Origin: Camelus dromedarius
Taxonomy: Eukaryota
NCBI RefSeq assembly: GCF_036321535.1
Contig: NC_087436.1
Location: forward strand, 52,950,001 to 53,014,000
Direction: 5' to 3'
DNA: 64,000 bases
Of this stretch, positions 38,201 to 49,864 are shown piece after piece (within the stretch, counting starts at the first letter, position 1; every line of letters begins with the position of its first letter). The position numbers and the translations under genes were made by a program. The notes beneath the pieces are model-generated. The model did no database searches, was not told where the DNA came from, and saw only the letters and a list, made by a program, of their open reading frames with translations.

Positions 38201-41200
38201 CGGGGGGTGGGGGGAGGGTACATTTTTGAGGTGATCAGAGCAGGACCAAGGCAGGCATTTCCATTAGCTTTGGCTGAACTGTAACTCACAGGACTCCTAC
38301 TCCGTGTGTAATACTATGAGAGCGCACTGAAGGGCTCCTTGTCTTGTATTTCAGCAGGAATTCAGAAAAAGAGGAAGGACAGTCTCAAGCCTCAAGCGCT
38401 GGTTTGATACCTAAAACAGGGTGTAGTGCAGGGCACACGGTAGAAGGGAAACTTTTGTTTAGAGTATTCCTTTTATGCACGAAAGCTAGAGCTCATTCAT
38501 CAGGTTTCCCAGCTAGACTGTAAGATATTTGAAGGCAAGGATCACACCTGTTTCATCACTGTATTATCAGTGGTCAACAATGCGCAGCTCATAGTTGACA
38601 CTCAAGACATATTTGTTAATTATGAATTAAATTAAAATAAGATCATCCCCATCCATGTTTTATTATAGCCCTCAGGTTCAGAAACCAAGCTTTCCAGTTG
38701 GCATATGCATGGTGGGTTCCTCTGTCTCCTCCTGCCAATGGGAAGTGACTTTCTGGGGAAACGGGTGGGGTTATAGGAATATTGAAGATCTTTCTCTTCT
38801 TTTTTGCTATCCGCTCTACAAATGGACTTGAACTCTTCATAAAATGGTGCCAGTAAAGCCACATTCATTTACATGTGAAGGGGCTTTAATATTCGATTTC
38901 CAGTCTCACAGGGAGAACTACACTGAGGTCTGAGAAGCAGACCAGTTAGCTAGGGCAGGAGAAGGTTGTTACAACAACCAAGTCAAGTCACGTCACTGTT
39001 TTCTGGAGTACTTGATTCCATCTTTCATATGAATTCACTATGGAACTGGTTTAAAATTTGAAAAAGACATCACAAATATTTGATAAACGCAAATCCAATT
39101 GTCCTAAACCAACTCTTCATGATATTCCAAAGAATTTATAGCTCTAGCATATAATATGATGGGATGAATTACCATAAAAAGGCTTCATTAAATAACAGTA
39201 ATAATGCTTGAGTATTTATGCCATGCTAAGAATCATTCTAAAAATCTTTCATGCGTAATTTCATTCAATCTCCACAGAAAGTCATTATGGTATCAACAAT
39301 TACCATCAGCTCAGTTTTATAAAGGGATGACATTGAAGCTCAGAGAGGTTACATAACTTGCCTGAGGACACACAGCTTGTACATAGCAAAGGCTGGAGTT
39401 AAAACTGGGAGTTCACATGTTTACTTGTTATACCATACATTTTTCTCAGCCTTGGTGATAATCACCACCTTGGAAATTCTCTGTGGCATGTGAAATGTTG
39501 TACTCTGGCTATTGTGGGCAAGAGATCACATGCATAAGTCAAAATTCGAAGAAATGGATCCTTTAAGAGGAAGCATGAGAAAAGGAGATGTGAGTTTTTG
39601 TTCCAACATTTCTCACCAGGCCTCAGTTTCTTCGTTTGTAAAGGAAAAATTAAATGGTCTCTGAGCCCCCTTCCAGTTCCAACATTCTGTGAATCTAGTT
39701 AAACTCACAGGCCCAAACTGAGGGGCAAGAAATTTTAGGATGCTTAGTAACCAAATGTTTATCCTGTTTCTGCAAATGTACAATATTCATCTGGTATACT
39801 TCACTCTGGATGTCATTTTATTTTTGCCTCTCATTTTTCTTCTCCTCCACCTTCTCTTCAAACTCTAAATTTTGCTTTACATTATTACATTTTCCTAGGC
39901 TGTTTTATATCCTCACTGGAGAAGCATGAATGAAATGGGGAGGATGCTTCCTAGTCATCCTTTTCATGTTCTGTGATTTCCTTTGGTACAATTTCTCCAA
40001 TGGCAATTCATGTAAATAAAATAAGAACGGCAATAAACACAAAGATAGAAGTTCAAATTGAATGACATTCTTTAGAACAGCGGCTTTATAGCATGTACCA
40101 AAAATACTGTCACAGACTTTAAAAAGACTGAGGACTAAGACGTGTATTGTAGCCCCATCGATCCTACAAACACTCTGTTACATCATGTGGCAGGGATTCC
40201 TCCCACCCAAATTTGTTCAAGGCCATGCTGTGCAGAGCAACAGTGCACGGCAGTGTCACGGGAGACCAGTTTCCCGAGACAGTAAACGAATGGACAGCAC
40301 ACATGGTTTAGAACCAGGTTAGCTTGGATTCCGGTCTCGGCGCCAATGCTTTCTGGGTGTGCAACCTTGAGCAAATAACTTAAAATATCTGAGTTTTTAT
40401 TTCCTCATCTGAAAATGGGACTGCTTTATGCATTACTGAGGGTGGTCCAGCAGGTTAAACAATTTGGTATACGTGAAAACATCTAATAGAATGCCTGGAA
40501 CCTAGTAAACTCTCCACAGAGGCTGGTTTCATCCCCTTGCCTGCTTTTCCCTTTTTCAAACACACCTCATCTACAAGCTAAGAACATTTCTATTTCTGGC
40601 AAACATAAAGAAGTGACTCCTGGTTGTGGTTTGGCAACATTCCAAGTTGTCACCAATTATTTTCAGAAGTGTCACATCATTCTCAAATTAAAATTAATTT
40701 TAATGTGAAGATTTTTAAATGCCGCCTGGGTAAAATGGCGGGTGTCACAAAATAAAATAATAATAACTGTAGCAGTTATCAAAAGGTTGGGAATCCCCAC
40801 ATCAAAACAAAAAGAGAAGTGGAAATTTGACATTTGAGAAAGAACCAGATAGGCTCTTCAAAACAGAGAACCAACTGCTGTAACGGGTAAGCACAAGCAA
40901 GGACATGACTTATGCTGTAGTTTTTCATGCTAGTTAGGTAATTAAAGCCACAACACAGTAATTTCTATAATAAATTGTACATCGTCCTCGTCCATCATGG
41001 ACAAAAGTACTGCAATATAAAGAAAAGGTAATGGGAGAGGCAATTTTGTTTTAATAATAATATTAATAATAATAATTATATTCAGACATTTTAAGCATAA
41101 AGATAAAAGCTGTCTACATTTTCCAAGACTATACATAAGAAACTCAGCCAATTACAATAATGGACCAAACATATCTATACTAAAAAAAGTCTCAGATTTC

Positions 41201-44200
41201 CAGATCCATTTGAACTGAATTTAGAAGCCATGTACAAATATGAATAGAAGTTTTACCTAACATCTTACTATCACAAATGAAAGGCAGAGTCTGAATTTAA
41301 TCATTATTGAGCATACGCACAACACAAATGGCCATTTTCAAATGATGCTTTGTATAGACTTTGGAAGTGAAAAGTGTCAGTATCTTGCTGGTTGTGGTGT
41401 TGTAGAGGCGGCAATGTGGGCATTGGTAATGGGACACCCACCGCGGAACCTTGTGAATAATGATTAGCACTTATTCTTTTAGGTGCCGGGACACAGAGGA
41501 AAAAAATAAACTAACAAAAACCCCTCTTCTCATAGAGTTTACGTATGAGTATGAAGTTTTTTTTTTTAATAAGTGAATTAAAAATACGTTAGAAGGTAAA
41601 AGGGCCAATGAAGAGAATAAAAAGCAAGTGGGTACAATAGTGTATCTCTGTGATACACTTGGGAGATGACTGGGTTTTGAGAATTAGAAAGATCTTAACA
41701 GTGTTAATGGGTATCACTAAGGATAAATTAGAGTGAACAGAAACTTTCATGGAGATTAGAGAGATTAAATGCAGATTATAACAAGGGAAAGGGAAAATTA
41801 TAATAATAGAATCTTAAGGTTGTCAGGAGAGTTAGATCTCGTTTACAAAATCCTCATTCTTCAGGTTAGGAAACAGTAATCCTGCAGTTTAAGGAATAGA
41901 GAATAGGAATAAAATAAGAAAAAAAAATCTTAAAACAATATTCACCCCTTTAGGTTAAAGCTTTTACCTAACCTGAGTACGAATATTTTCTTATGACCCA
42001 GAACCAAGCATTCTGGTTTCACTGTACTGAAGACATTAAACAGATAAAAAACTGTACGGTGCAAGTGTATGGTTGTTGGCTATTTGGACCTCAGAGGGGA
42101 TGCCATCCCTGACAGCGGATGAGTGAAAGTCTCTCTTAAATAAACTCACTACCAGGGCCCTGCAGGGCGAGGCTGGCCTGACTGGGGTCTGGACTGAGAG
42201 GAGTGGCCTGAAATACCCAATCCTAGTCCCTCCCATTCCAGGGATCTGGAGGTGAGAACCCTGGCAGGGCCTTGTCCATCGTGCTGGCAAAGGCTTCCCC
42301 CTGTGATCTTGAACCGAACAAAAATTTTAATAAGAATTTGCACTTCATCTGGTGGTGAACAAGGAAACATCAGCCTGGTGGGCTCCTGATCACTGGCAGC
42401 CAACACCAGGAGCCAAGTCTTGAATAAACAAGAAGAGATCTGTTTTTAGAAGGTGGAACCCCAGTTTTCATTTGTTGTTCACAATGCGGTGCTGACTCTG
42501 TGACTTCCAAGGACCTTCTGGACTTAAAAGTCATCATAACCTCAGCATGTTATCTTGTTTCCTAAGGTCTATTTGTCCCAGGGGACAAAATTGGAACACT
42601 CATATGTCATCAGTTTTGTGCCTTGTTCCCAGCTTTGGTGGCTTTGCCTTCATTTGGCAGGGACAGATAAAAGAAATATTCATAGGTTACTGGAATCTAA
42701 TACAAGGGCTGAAAGCCAGTTTGTCAAGAATATATCAGCACCCTGAGTCTGTAGCAGGAGCTTAAATAGCAGCAAATTCCCCATTGTGTAATGAATAGGA
42801 CAGAGGAGACCGTGGAGAGGATAAAAATACTAGTTTCCTGAGTTTTATCATAATAAATAAAATAACAATTATAGTAATGATAATGATACAGCAAGTTTTG
42901 CTTTGAAGAAAACTACTATAGGATTCTGGATTACAAATCCTTATAATCCCTAGTGCATTAATCACAAAACTTCTTTAGTCAGATTAGTGTATTTACAGGG
43001 AAACTTAACTTGTCCCAAATATAACATTGAATAGCCTTTACTTTGGAGCAGTCTTGTGGAGCCTTTATCTAGTGATTGGATCAGTGCCAGAAAAGTTCAA
43101 CCAGAAAATACTGCATTCACTTTGCTCTCAAAGAAGATGTGGTACATATACACACACAATAGAATTCCACTCAGCCACACAAAAAATGAAATTTTGCCAC
43201 AACATAGATGAAACTGGAAGGCATTATGCAAAGTGAAACAAGTCAGACAGAGGAAGACAAATACTGTGTGATATCACTTATATGTGGAATCTTAAAAAAT
43301 ACAATAAATTAGTGAAAATAACAAAAAAGAAGTGGACTCACAGATATAGAGAACAAACTAGTGGTTACAAATGGGGAGAGGGATGAGGGGAGGGGTAACA
43401 TGGAAGCAGGGGATTAAGAGGTACAAACTGTTAGGTATGAAATAAGCTACAAGGATGTACTGTCCAACACTGGAAATACAGCCAATATGTTACAATAAGT
43501 ATAAATGGAGTAAAACCTTTAAAAATTGTGAATCATTTTATTATATGCCTAACTTGTACAATATTGTACGTCAATTATAATTCAATTAAAAATAAAAATA
43601 AAACAAAAAAAAACTTTTAAAAAGGGAGTTTTGAAACCTGCTGGTGAGCAGAATATTTACCATTCCTTAACTTGGAGAAAGTCCAGGAAGGAGCACAGAA
43701 AATGACCAAAAGGATTGAAACTAGAGTCTAGAGGAGAGTTTAAAAGAAGGGAGCTTACTTTGCTTGGAGAAAGACGAGGATGCTGGGAGATAAAAGTTAC
43801 AAAGGCTTTGAAGGATACAAAGAGCTGCAACCTGCAGCCATCTATCCCTTCATTTATTCATTCACTCACCCAAAGCGCCATGCACTGTGCCAGGACCAGG
43901 GAGACATGGGGAAGGACAACAATCCTTGGCTTCAACATCCCTTCTCCATTGCCAGTGACCAAAACTTGAACAAAAATGAGTGAGGGTTGGACCCCACCAG
44001 GAAATAAGTCCAAAGGGAAGGGATTTGAGAAACTGAAATGTCTGCCGAGGCCAACGTAGCCCTGGAAATAAATTCATTCCCACCTGCCCTTTGTTTACGA
44101 AAGCTACTGCTGGTTAAATGGTAAAGTAATTTTCAAGGGTGATTAGGAGAATTTCCAAAAGAAAAAAAAAGATTATAATTTCAATTTTATGGTTTGGAAT

Positions 44201-47200
44201 ATACTATTAAAACCTTGTATGGTCAGTAGAAAGTAAGGCAGCTCTTTTGTGGTTTCCGCTGTAATTCTCGGCCCTCCTTGACACTGTGTGATTCAGATCT
44301 GGGTCTATTTGGGTCACAAAAGTAGCAGAAAAGGAAAGGCAACAGTGGCATCTCTCCCAGTGTGGTTAACAAAATTCCCCCGCTGACCAAGTTTCCCATG
44401 AAAAGGGAGTGTACAAATTCGCTGCAGTCCGCTGGGTTATTAAGGCTTCAGCTCCTCTTGAGCTTGGTTCTTGGAATTGCCCAACTTTTGATTCACTGAG
44501 AATTATCATCAGTTAGGACATCTAAAATTGTGATTCTATATCACAAATACCGAGGAATTCATTTGCTTACTTAATTTAAATAGTACAGGCAAATGAGTTA
44601 GCTAATTCAAATCCCAAGCTAGTGTGTTTGTTTCTTAACTTGAATTTTCTGGTTTGACTCTAAACACCCAAAAAGGGAATTTCAAACCTTTTCAGCCATA
44701 CTTAAGTCCCATCTAAAAACTTATAAGAAACCAAGACAGGAGAAACAGAATTTTATGATGAAATTACAGAATTGTTCAGGAGAGTTATTTCTAGTCAGTA
44801 TTTTCCATATTCAATGATCCTTGTGAAAATTTAAGTATAAATTTCATTTTAAAAAATGCTCAAAAACTGCTCAAAAATGATCATTTTTAGGTCTTCCCAA
44901 TATGCGAACTACCCACACTTAAACTTATGAAGAATCGAAAAGTTGTTTTTTCCTTTGTTCTTTCTTTGTTCATTGTATATATCACTATAAAACAAATAGG
45001 CCATTTTAAAGAAATGTGTGCTTTTACTCAATCCATTGAATAACATGTAAAAAGAAAAAATCTATTTTGTACAAAACACATTGTTTTCTCCTGAAGTAAT
45101 ACTGAAATATATATATTTATGTATTTTATTAATATAGTATGCAGTGCAGTAATTGAGAAAATTGTTTCTGAACATATCCAATTGCATATTGTATTGCACA
45201 GAATTCAACAGAAGTGAACACTATTTAATTGAAATCTGCTTTGTCCCGCCTTTATCCTGAAATAATGTCTCATAGGTCAAGTATCTGTTCGTAGCTTACC
45301 TGTCTCACTTCCAATCAAAGGCTGATTTGCAAAATGCTTGACAAAATCCTTCAAAGATGAGAATTCATTAAAGCCAAATTTAAATGAATATCCGGTGTAT
45401 TCAACATGAAAGTGTTTGACAGAGTCTTTGGCTCTGAAAGGGACAAAAAAAATGTTTAATGTTATTTAAGCAACTAATGTCTTTTTTGAAGGGAAATATA
45501 ACCCTAGGCATTAGCATCAGCATTAAACCCTTCTAAAAACTGAGAGTTATGACAGGATCACTGGAACCATTGGCATTTAAAGCACAGCACACGCTTCTCA
45601 ATTTTTCACTCCAATGAAAGACAGGAATACCTAGGTATTCCCTGACTCAGCAAACGAGTCCTTGATCATTAATCTCCTAAGGGGCATGAGCTTAAGAAAG
45701 GCAGGAAGAAAGACCATAGAAATGGCAGGTCACATCCTCCCCCAGTTCTCCTCTGTGCTTGGTGCTTCTCCCTCACTTGTTTGAGAGTCGGTTCGAATTC
45801 AGTTTCTGTCAATCAGTTACATCAGCCTAGCCCTTTCCTTCCTATGCCTATGCCACTGCCTACCGAATAAAATATCAAATTTCCTACATTGTCATTCTCC
45901 ACCTCATTTTGGGAGTAAGGCAGAATATTAAATTTAAAAAAATGTCTATATACCTGATGTGACCCCACCCTATCTCTCTAGCCTCACTTCCGCTCTTCCT
46001 GTCTGGCACGGCAGGCCCTACCTTTAGCAAGCATCAGAAATCAGAATCACCTGGAGGGCCCAAATTTCTGGGCTGTACCCCCTGAATTTCTGATTTGGTA
46101 GATCTGGGGCAGGGCCTGAGATTTGTATTCCTAACACATTCTCTGCTGATGCTACTGGTCTGGGGACCACGTCTTGGGAACTGCTGTCGTCCAACCGGGG
46201 CTACTATTCTTTTATGAGTTTCTGCCTTTGTCCCTTGGCTTGTACAGTTCCCTTCACCTGCAATTTCTGCCATGTTTTTTCTTATCAGGTGTCAGTTCAA
46301 ATGCCACTTACTCTGTCAAGGGTTGCATGGTACTTCCAGCTTGAGTTTCTTGCCTTTTCTCTTCTCAACAACCCAGGCACTTAGCTTACTTTCTTTACAT
46401 CATTTACAGCACACTACTTTAGTATTCCCATATGGTCTTACTGCCCCTGCAAGGCTATACTTCCTGAGGACAGGTCTTTGAATCTTCTACAACACTTACT
46501 AAAGTGGTTGGCAGAGAGGATGCTCTGAAATATTTATTATTAGGAAAGTGAATGAACAAATGAATAAAAACAGTCATTCTCCTGAGCTGGTCTGTGGTTC
46601 TTCTCACCTTTTCTGGTGGTTATTATCTTTTAAAGCATTTCCAAGTGCTTATAACAGAAATTAATGATTTATATTTAAAATCTTTGAATAGGGAAGGTGG
46701 TTATAACTCAGTGGTAGAGCACATGCTTGGCATACACAAGGTCCTGGGTTCAATCCCCTGTACCTCCATTAAATTTTTTTTTATATAGATATAATACAGA
46801 TGCTAAATATTTGTAAGGAGCTTATGGTCTAACTGCTCAGATGAGACACACATAAGTGAAAAGTTAACATTCTTTGATACAATAATTATGCAGGTTTATT
46901 TGAGATTTTAGGGGATCCATGCAATAAAGGATCAACAATCTAACCACTTAATGAAATTTTAACATTTGCTGTTGATCAGAGAAATCACAATTCCTGCTTC
47001 CACCCAAACAGAATTCCATTCTTGATTAATAATTTTCCCAAAAATGCTGTTTAGAAAATGTATAAACAGCTCAGTGGTAGAGTGCACACTTAGTATGCAC
47101 AAGGTCTTGGGTTCAATCCTTAGTACTTCCATTAAAGAAAGAAAGAAAAAGAGAGAGAAAGGAAGAGGAAGGAGGGGAGAGAGAGAGAAAAAAAATTTAT

Positions 47201-49279
47201 AAACAAAATATAGTAGAGTAACAGGAAAACTGTGTTTTATCTCTGTGATCCATTACCCCCTTATTTACCCCATTACCTTCCCACCTATTTCTGCCACTAC
47301 CTTTAAAGTTGCCTGGAGACTTGCCCTGTTCCCTGGAATGGAAGCTATGTCAGACAAAATTCTAACATGGCCCCCATGATTCTCAGCCCCTGGAGCGACA
47401 CATCTTCTCCCATTCATTCATTAAAATGCTAATGTGGATGCTGCTGTGAAAGAATTTTGTAGATAATTAAGGCTTTAAGTCAGTTGACCTTAAAGGAGGG
47501 AGATTATTTGGATGGGCATGACCTAATTGCAAGAGGCTTGTAAAAGCTGAGAGTTTTCTCTGGCGTGTGGCAGGAGAAGAGATTACAGAGACACACTGGA
47601 GCTGGCCTGGAGGAAAGCAAACATCCATGTTGTGAACTCCCTACAGGGGCCACATGGCAAGGAACCTCCAGGAGCTGAGAGTGTCCAGGAAAATGGGGCA
47701 CTCAGTCCTACAGCAGCAAGGGAAGAAATGAAAAGAAATAAAGAAGAGAGGAGGAAATGAAGGAAGAGGACCCTGAGCCCCAGTTAAGCCACAGCCTCAG
47801 CCAATACCTTTTTGCCACCCTGGCCACACCCCAAACAGAGAATCTCGCCACATTATGCCTGGGCTTCTGACGTACAGAAACTGTGAGATAATCAATTGCT
47901 GTTGTTCCTAGCCACTACATTTTTCGGTAATTTGTTATGTATCATAGAAGACAAATACAGAACGCTCCAAGCCCAAAGAGAATATAAGACAGTATGTTAG
48001 TTAAATATGTTAATTCTTGGCTTCTGAAGTCATAGAAGCCTGCCATCAATTATTTACAGAAATATTTTTGTAGCCCATTTTCCTTACATCAAAGGGAAAG
48101 GAAATAAGAAAAAAGAAAAAAAAAAAAACTATTGTTGAGCTGGATGGAAAAGAGGATTTATAGAGAAGGGAATGTATCTGTTGCTACTGAGTTATGACAG
48201 GGAGACCTGAACCATGTAAAGCAGAAACGAAAAGAGAAAACCTTCTTGTGCCCAATCATCATAATGGACTGACACATGAAGGGAACCTGTGACTTTCTTT
48301 CAAGGGTATATGGAGACACCATGGAAACAGTAATAAACAAAACAAAAAAAGAACAATCATAAAACAAGAATGGTTTGACGTTAATGGTAATTTCATGGAG
48401 TCATCACATCCCCATTCTGATCCTGGAGCAAATGCCTGTGAACCCAAGAAGACTTGCTATATGTCAGTGGAAGCCAAGGTGACAGATGCTGACTGATAAC
48501 CAATGACTCCTCCTGATTATCACATGGCTACATCACCTTCTCTGAGAGGTATGCCAGTCAGGAGGAAGGGGGTGGGAGAGAAACCCTGGAAGGGCTGGAC
48601 AGTCACTGTTTTGAGCTGGGCGTACCTGGTGGGGACTTGCTTAACTTTCTTAAGAGTCAGAGGAAATGGAGCTTTGAGAAAGATTAGTCCATTTATAGAA
48701 AAAAAAAGTTGCATATTGCCTGCTTGAATTTATGATTATGAAAGTTGCACAGCCACACATCACTCTGATTTTCCAGAGGAAGCAAGGCATAATGAAAAGA
48801 GCACTGGGCCAGATTTCAGGGATGTGGTCTCCGGTGCTGCTTCTATCCTGATTTATTGAGTGGAAGACACTTTATCACTTTGGGTTTCAATTTCTTCATC
48901 AGTCAGGCAAGAGTTTGGGATTAAACAATTCACAGAATCTCCTTCAGCGATAGCATTTGTTCCCTGCCAATGGAAGGAGCAAGAGTGTTTTTTACAGTCT
49001 CACCATTCAGAGCTTGGGATCCTTGGACCTGCTGGTCTAACAGGAATCAAGAGAATTTGGTTTTCTGGCCGTTTGAGTGTGATGATGAAGTGAGCGTCTG
49101 TACAAGTAGGAGACGGGACCCTGTAGAATTCCTAGAAGAGCTCTTATGCAACCTACCTCACAGAGAGAGAGTACAGCCCGGTCCTTTCATTGCTGTCCCG
49201 CAGCAGGTAGCTCCCGTCACACCCATTGGAGAGGAGAAGGGCCTCGGCCGCGTGCCGCGTGAGGTTGCTGTGGTACCAC
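20711..49279 (-). CDS. DAPP1: DAPP1 (Bam32; dual adaptor of phosphotyrosine and 3-phosphoinositides), 5'-partial, exons 2-9: complement(join(20711..20779,21620..21707,23926..24011,24685..24747,26165..26212,33801..33931,45300..45433,49157..49279))
   Basis: Spliced translation WYHSNLTRHAAEALLLSNGCDGSYLLRDSNERTGLYSLSVRAKDSVKHFHVEY...IYESVRV...KEGYLTKQGGLVKTWKTRWF...ADEWIKILRWKLSQIRKQLDQREGTVRSQSFIFK* is an SH2 + linker + PH protein matching DAPP1. 742 nt, all GT-AG, phases consistent. DAPP1-LAMTOR3 adjacency matches known synteny. Confidence 0.97.
21620..21707 (-). CDS. DAPP1: DAPP1 exon 8 (LVFPFRTFYLCAKTGVEADEWIKILRWKL)
   Basis: ACCAG|CTTA acceptor, TTG|GTGAGT donor, 88 nt; visible in ORF 21578..21844(-). 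Confidence 0.96.
22745..23120 (+). mobile_element. old ERVL-class LTR (LTR16/LTR33-like)
   Basis: GACCAGTCTGGGCCAATGAGATA...TTTCTGGGAAA...CTTGTTATGTAAGAAATATAAAC pattern. Confidence 0.45.
23926..24011 (-). CDS. DAPP1: DAPP1 exon 7 (SPEPIRILDLTECSAVQFDYSQERVNCF)
   Basis: poly-T-AAG|TCA acceptor, TTG|GTAAGC donor, 86 nt. Confidence 0.95.
24685..24747 (-). CDS. DAPP1: DAPP1 exon 6 (TWKTRWFTLHRNELKYFKDQM)
   Basis: CTCAG|ACT acceptor, ATG|GTGAGA donor, 63 nt. Confidence 0.96.
25068..25208 (+). mobile_element. truncated L1 3' end
   Basis: GGGAACTATATTCAATATCTTGTAA...TGCTGCACACCAGAAATT...ACTGACTATA...A-tail; AAACTCTA on both sides. Confidence 0.75.
26165..26212 (-). CDS. DAPP1: DAPP1 exon 5 (LGTKEGYLTKQGGLVK; PH start)
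   Basis: TTCCAG|CTG acceptor, AAG|GTAAGG donor, 48 nt. Confidence 0.95.
28130..29510 (+). mobile_element. old L1 (L1MC-like) 3' region
   Basis: GAAACCTGGCAGACACC...CAATGTTAATTTCC...AATGGTTCAGGAA...GTTCTTTGTACT...TTTGAAATT motifs. Confidence 0.6.
30030..30243 (+). mobile_element. truncated L1 3' end
   Basis: GATAAATTGGGAGTTTGGGATTAGCA...GGTCCTACTGTATAGCAC...CTATACTTCAATAAA. Confidence 0.8.
30300..31400 (+). mobile_element. L2 fragments (interrupted)
   Basis: AGCCTCCTTGCCTGACTGGTCTCC..., AATGTCACCTCCTCAGAGAGGCCTTCCCT, TTGTTAAATAAATGGAT. Confidence 0.6.
32560..33010 (-). mobile_element. L2 fragment, unusually CpG-rich
   Basis: CAGGAAGGCTTCCCGGAAGA...GAGTCTGGAAGGATGAG and TGAAGGATGTTAAGC...CTGCCTTTTAGGAGAGAT are recognisable L2 motifs. 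Confidence 0.6.
33801..33931 (-). CDS. DAPP1: DAPP1 exon 4 (GTLIVLKHPYPRKVEEPSIYESV...PTAPS; contains the Y139-equivalent phosphosite)
   Basis: TTCAG|GC acceptor, TCG|GTAAGT donor, 131 nt; visible in ORF 33759..34037(-). Confidence 0.97.
35193..35225. repeat. poly-A run (A33)
   Basis: Direct reading; lies within L2-like sequence at about 34870-35330. Confidence 0.9.
36305..36730 (-). mobile_element. MaLR MLT1 solo LTR
   Basis: TTCCTATTGCTGCTGTGACAAAT...CAGTTCTGGCAGTCAGAAG...GGTGTTGGCAGGGCTGGTTCCTTCTGGAGG. Confidence 0.75.
37580..38269. repeat. dispersed direct repeat, two ~130-bp copies (37580-37712 and 38122-38269)
   Basis: Shared CATGAAGG..CTGTTGTTTCCTGCCTTTGAC.TGAAA.CTGGT.TCA.AAA.GCT...GGTACATTTTTGAG.TGATCAGAG.AGGAC.AA.GCAGGCATTTC. 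Confidence 0.9.
39200..39410 (-). mobile_element. MIR SINE
   Basis: TGAAGCTCAGAGAGGTTACATAACTTGCCTGAGGACACACAGCT. Confidence 0.7.
40290..40510 (+). mobile_element. MIR SINE
   Basis: TGTGCAACCTTGAGCAAATAACTTAA...TTTCCTCATCTGAAAATGGG. Confidence 0.7.
43128..43612 (+). mobile_element. L1 3' end (ORF2 end plus 3'UTR)
   Basis: AAAGAAGATGTGGTACATATACAC...AAGTCAGACAGAGGAAGACAAATACTG...ATATCACTTATATGTGGAATCT...A-rich tail. Confidence 0.85.
45300..45433 (-). CDS. DAPP1: DAPP1 exon 3 (AKDSVKHFHVEY...LIGSET)
   Basis: TTTCAG|AGCC acceptor, CAG|GTAAGC donor, 134 nt. Confidence 0.96.
46030..46187 (+). mobile_element. MER5A-like hAT-Charlie element
   Basis: CAGAATCACCTGGAGGG...TTCTGATTTGGTAGATCTGGGGCAGGGCCTGAGATTTG...GGGGACCAC. 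Confidence 0.75.
46691..46773 (+). mobile_element. tRNA-derived SINE (camelid Vic-1-like)
   Basis: A-box-like TAACTCAGTGGTAGAGC, B-box GGTTCAATCCC, then TACCTCCATTAAA. Confidence 0.8.
47069..47191 (+). mobile_element. tRNA-derived SINE (Vic-1-like), 5'-truncated, GA-rich tail
   Basis: GCTCAGTGGTAGAG...GGTTCAATCC; TSD AAAAT(G/T)TATAAACA at 47055-47068 and 47192-47205. Confidence 0.8.
47347..47959 (+). mobile_element. MaLR MLT1 (E/F-like) solo LTR
   Basis: CAGTTGACCTTAAAGGAGGGAGATTAT...GCCACATGGCAAGGAAC...ACAGAAACTGTGAGATAAT...GGTAATTTGTTAT...AATACA. Confidence 0.75.
49157..49279 (-). CDS. DAPP1: DAPP1 exon 2 (SH2 N-terminal half, WYHS...YLLR...LSVR)
   Basis: CCCAG|GTGG acceptor, GAG|GTAGGT donor, 123 nt, phase 2-2. 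Confidence 0.96.
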
Positions 49280-49479
49280 CTGGGAGTAGAGATTGGCACT
49301 GTCACTTAGGGCCAACGGCAGGGGGCTCTTCCTGCACTGGGTTTTCTTCTCTGAAATTACCTCAGCAATGCTGTCCGCACTGCTAGCCCCAAGACCAAAC
49401 TCTCAGCCAAACCTTATCAAGAGAAGGAAATCGCGGGGTGAGGCTGAAGGGGAGAGGAGAGGGCTGCCTAATAGCAGAG

Positions 49480-49864
49480 TGTCAGGAATTGAATTGTACC
49501 CCCCCAAATTCATACCTCGAAGTCCTAATCCCCAGTTCTTCAGAATGTGGCCTTATTTGGAGACAGGGTCTTTAGCAAGCTAGAATGAGGTCATTAGGTG
49601 GGGCCTAATTCAATAGGACTGGTGAAAAGAGGACTTTGGAGACGGACTTGCAAATGGGGAGAACACCACGTGAACATGAAGACGGCCGTCTGCAAGTCAA
49701 GGAGGGCGGGCTGGAACAGATCCCCTTCCCAGTCCTCAGAAGGAACCAGCCCTGCTGACACCTTCATTTTGGGCTTCTAGCCTCCAGAACTGTGAGACAG
49801 GTTCCTCTGTTTAAGCCACCCATTTTGTGGTACCTTGTCATGGCAGCCCTAGCAAACAGACACA
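49480..49864 (+). mobile_element. MaLR MLT1 (B/C-like) solo LTR
   Basis: TGAATTGTACCCCCCAAATTCATA...CAGAATGTGGCCTTATTTGGAGACAGGGTCTTT...GCCTCCAGAACTGTGAGA...GGCAGCCCTAGCAAAC. Confidence 0.85.

Noticed and set aside
41363..41372. Single perfect EICE GGAAGTGAAA
   Set aside because: An isolated 8-base-specified motif is expected by chance in 64 kb; another copy occurs inside the Tigger remnant.
48970..49386. 138-aa + strand ORF
   Set aside because: Antisense shadow of the GC-rich DAPP1 exon 2; no recognisable homology or promoter.
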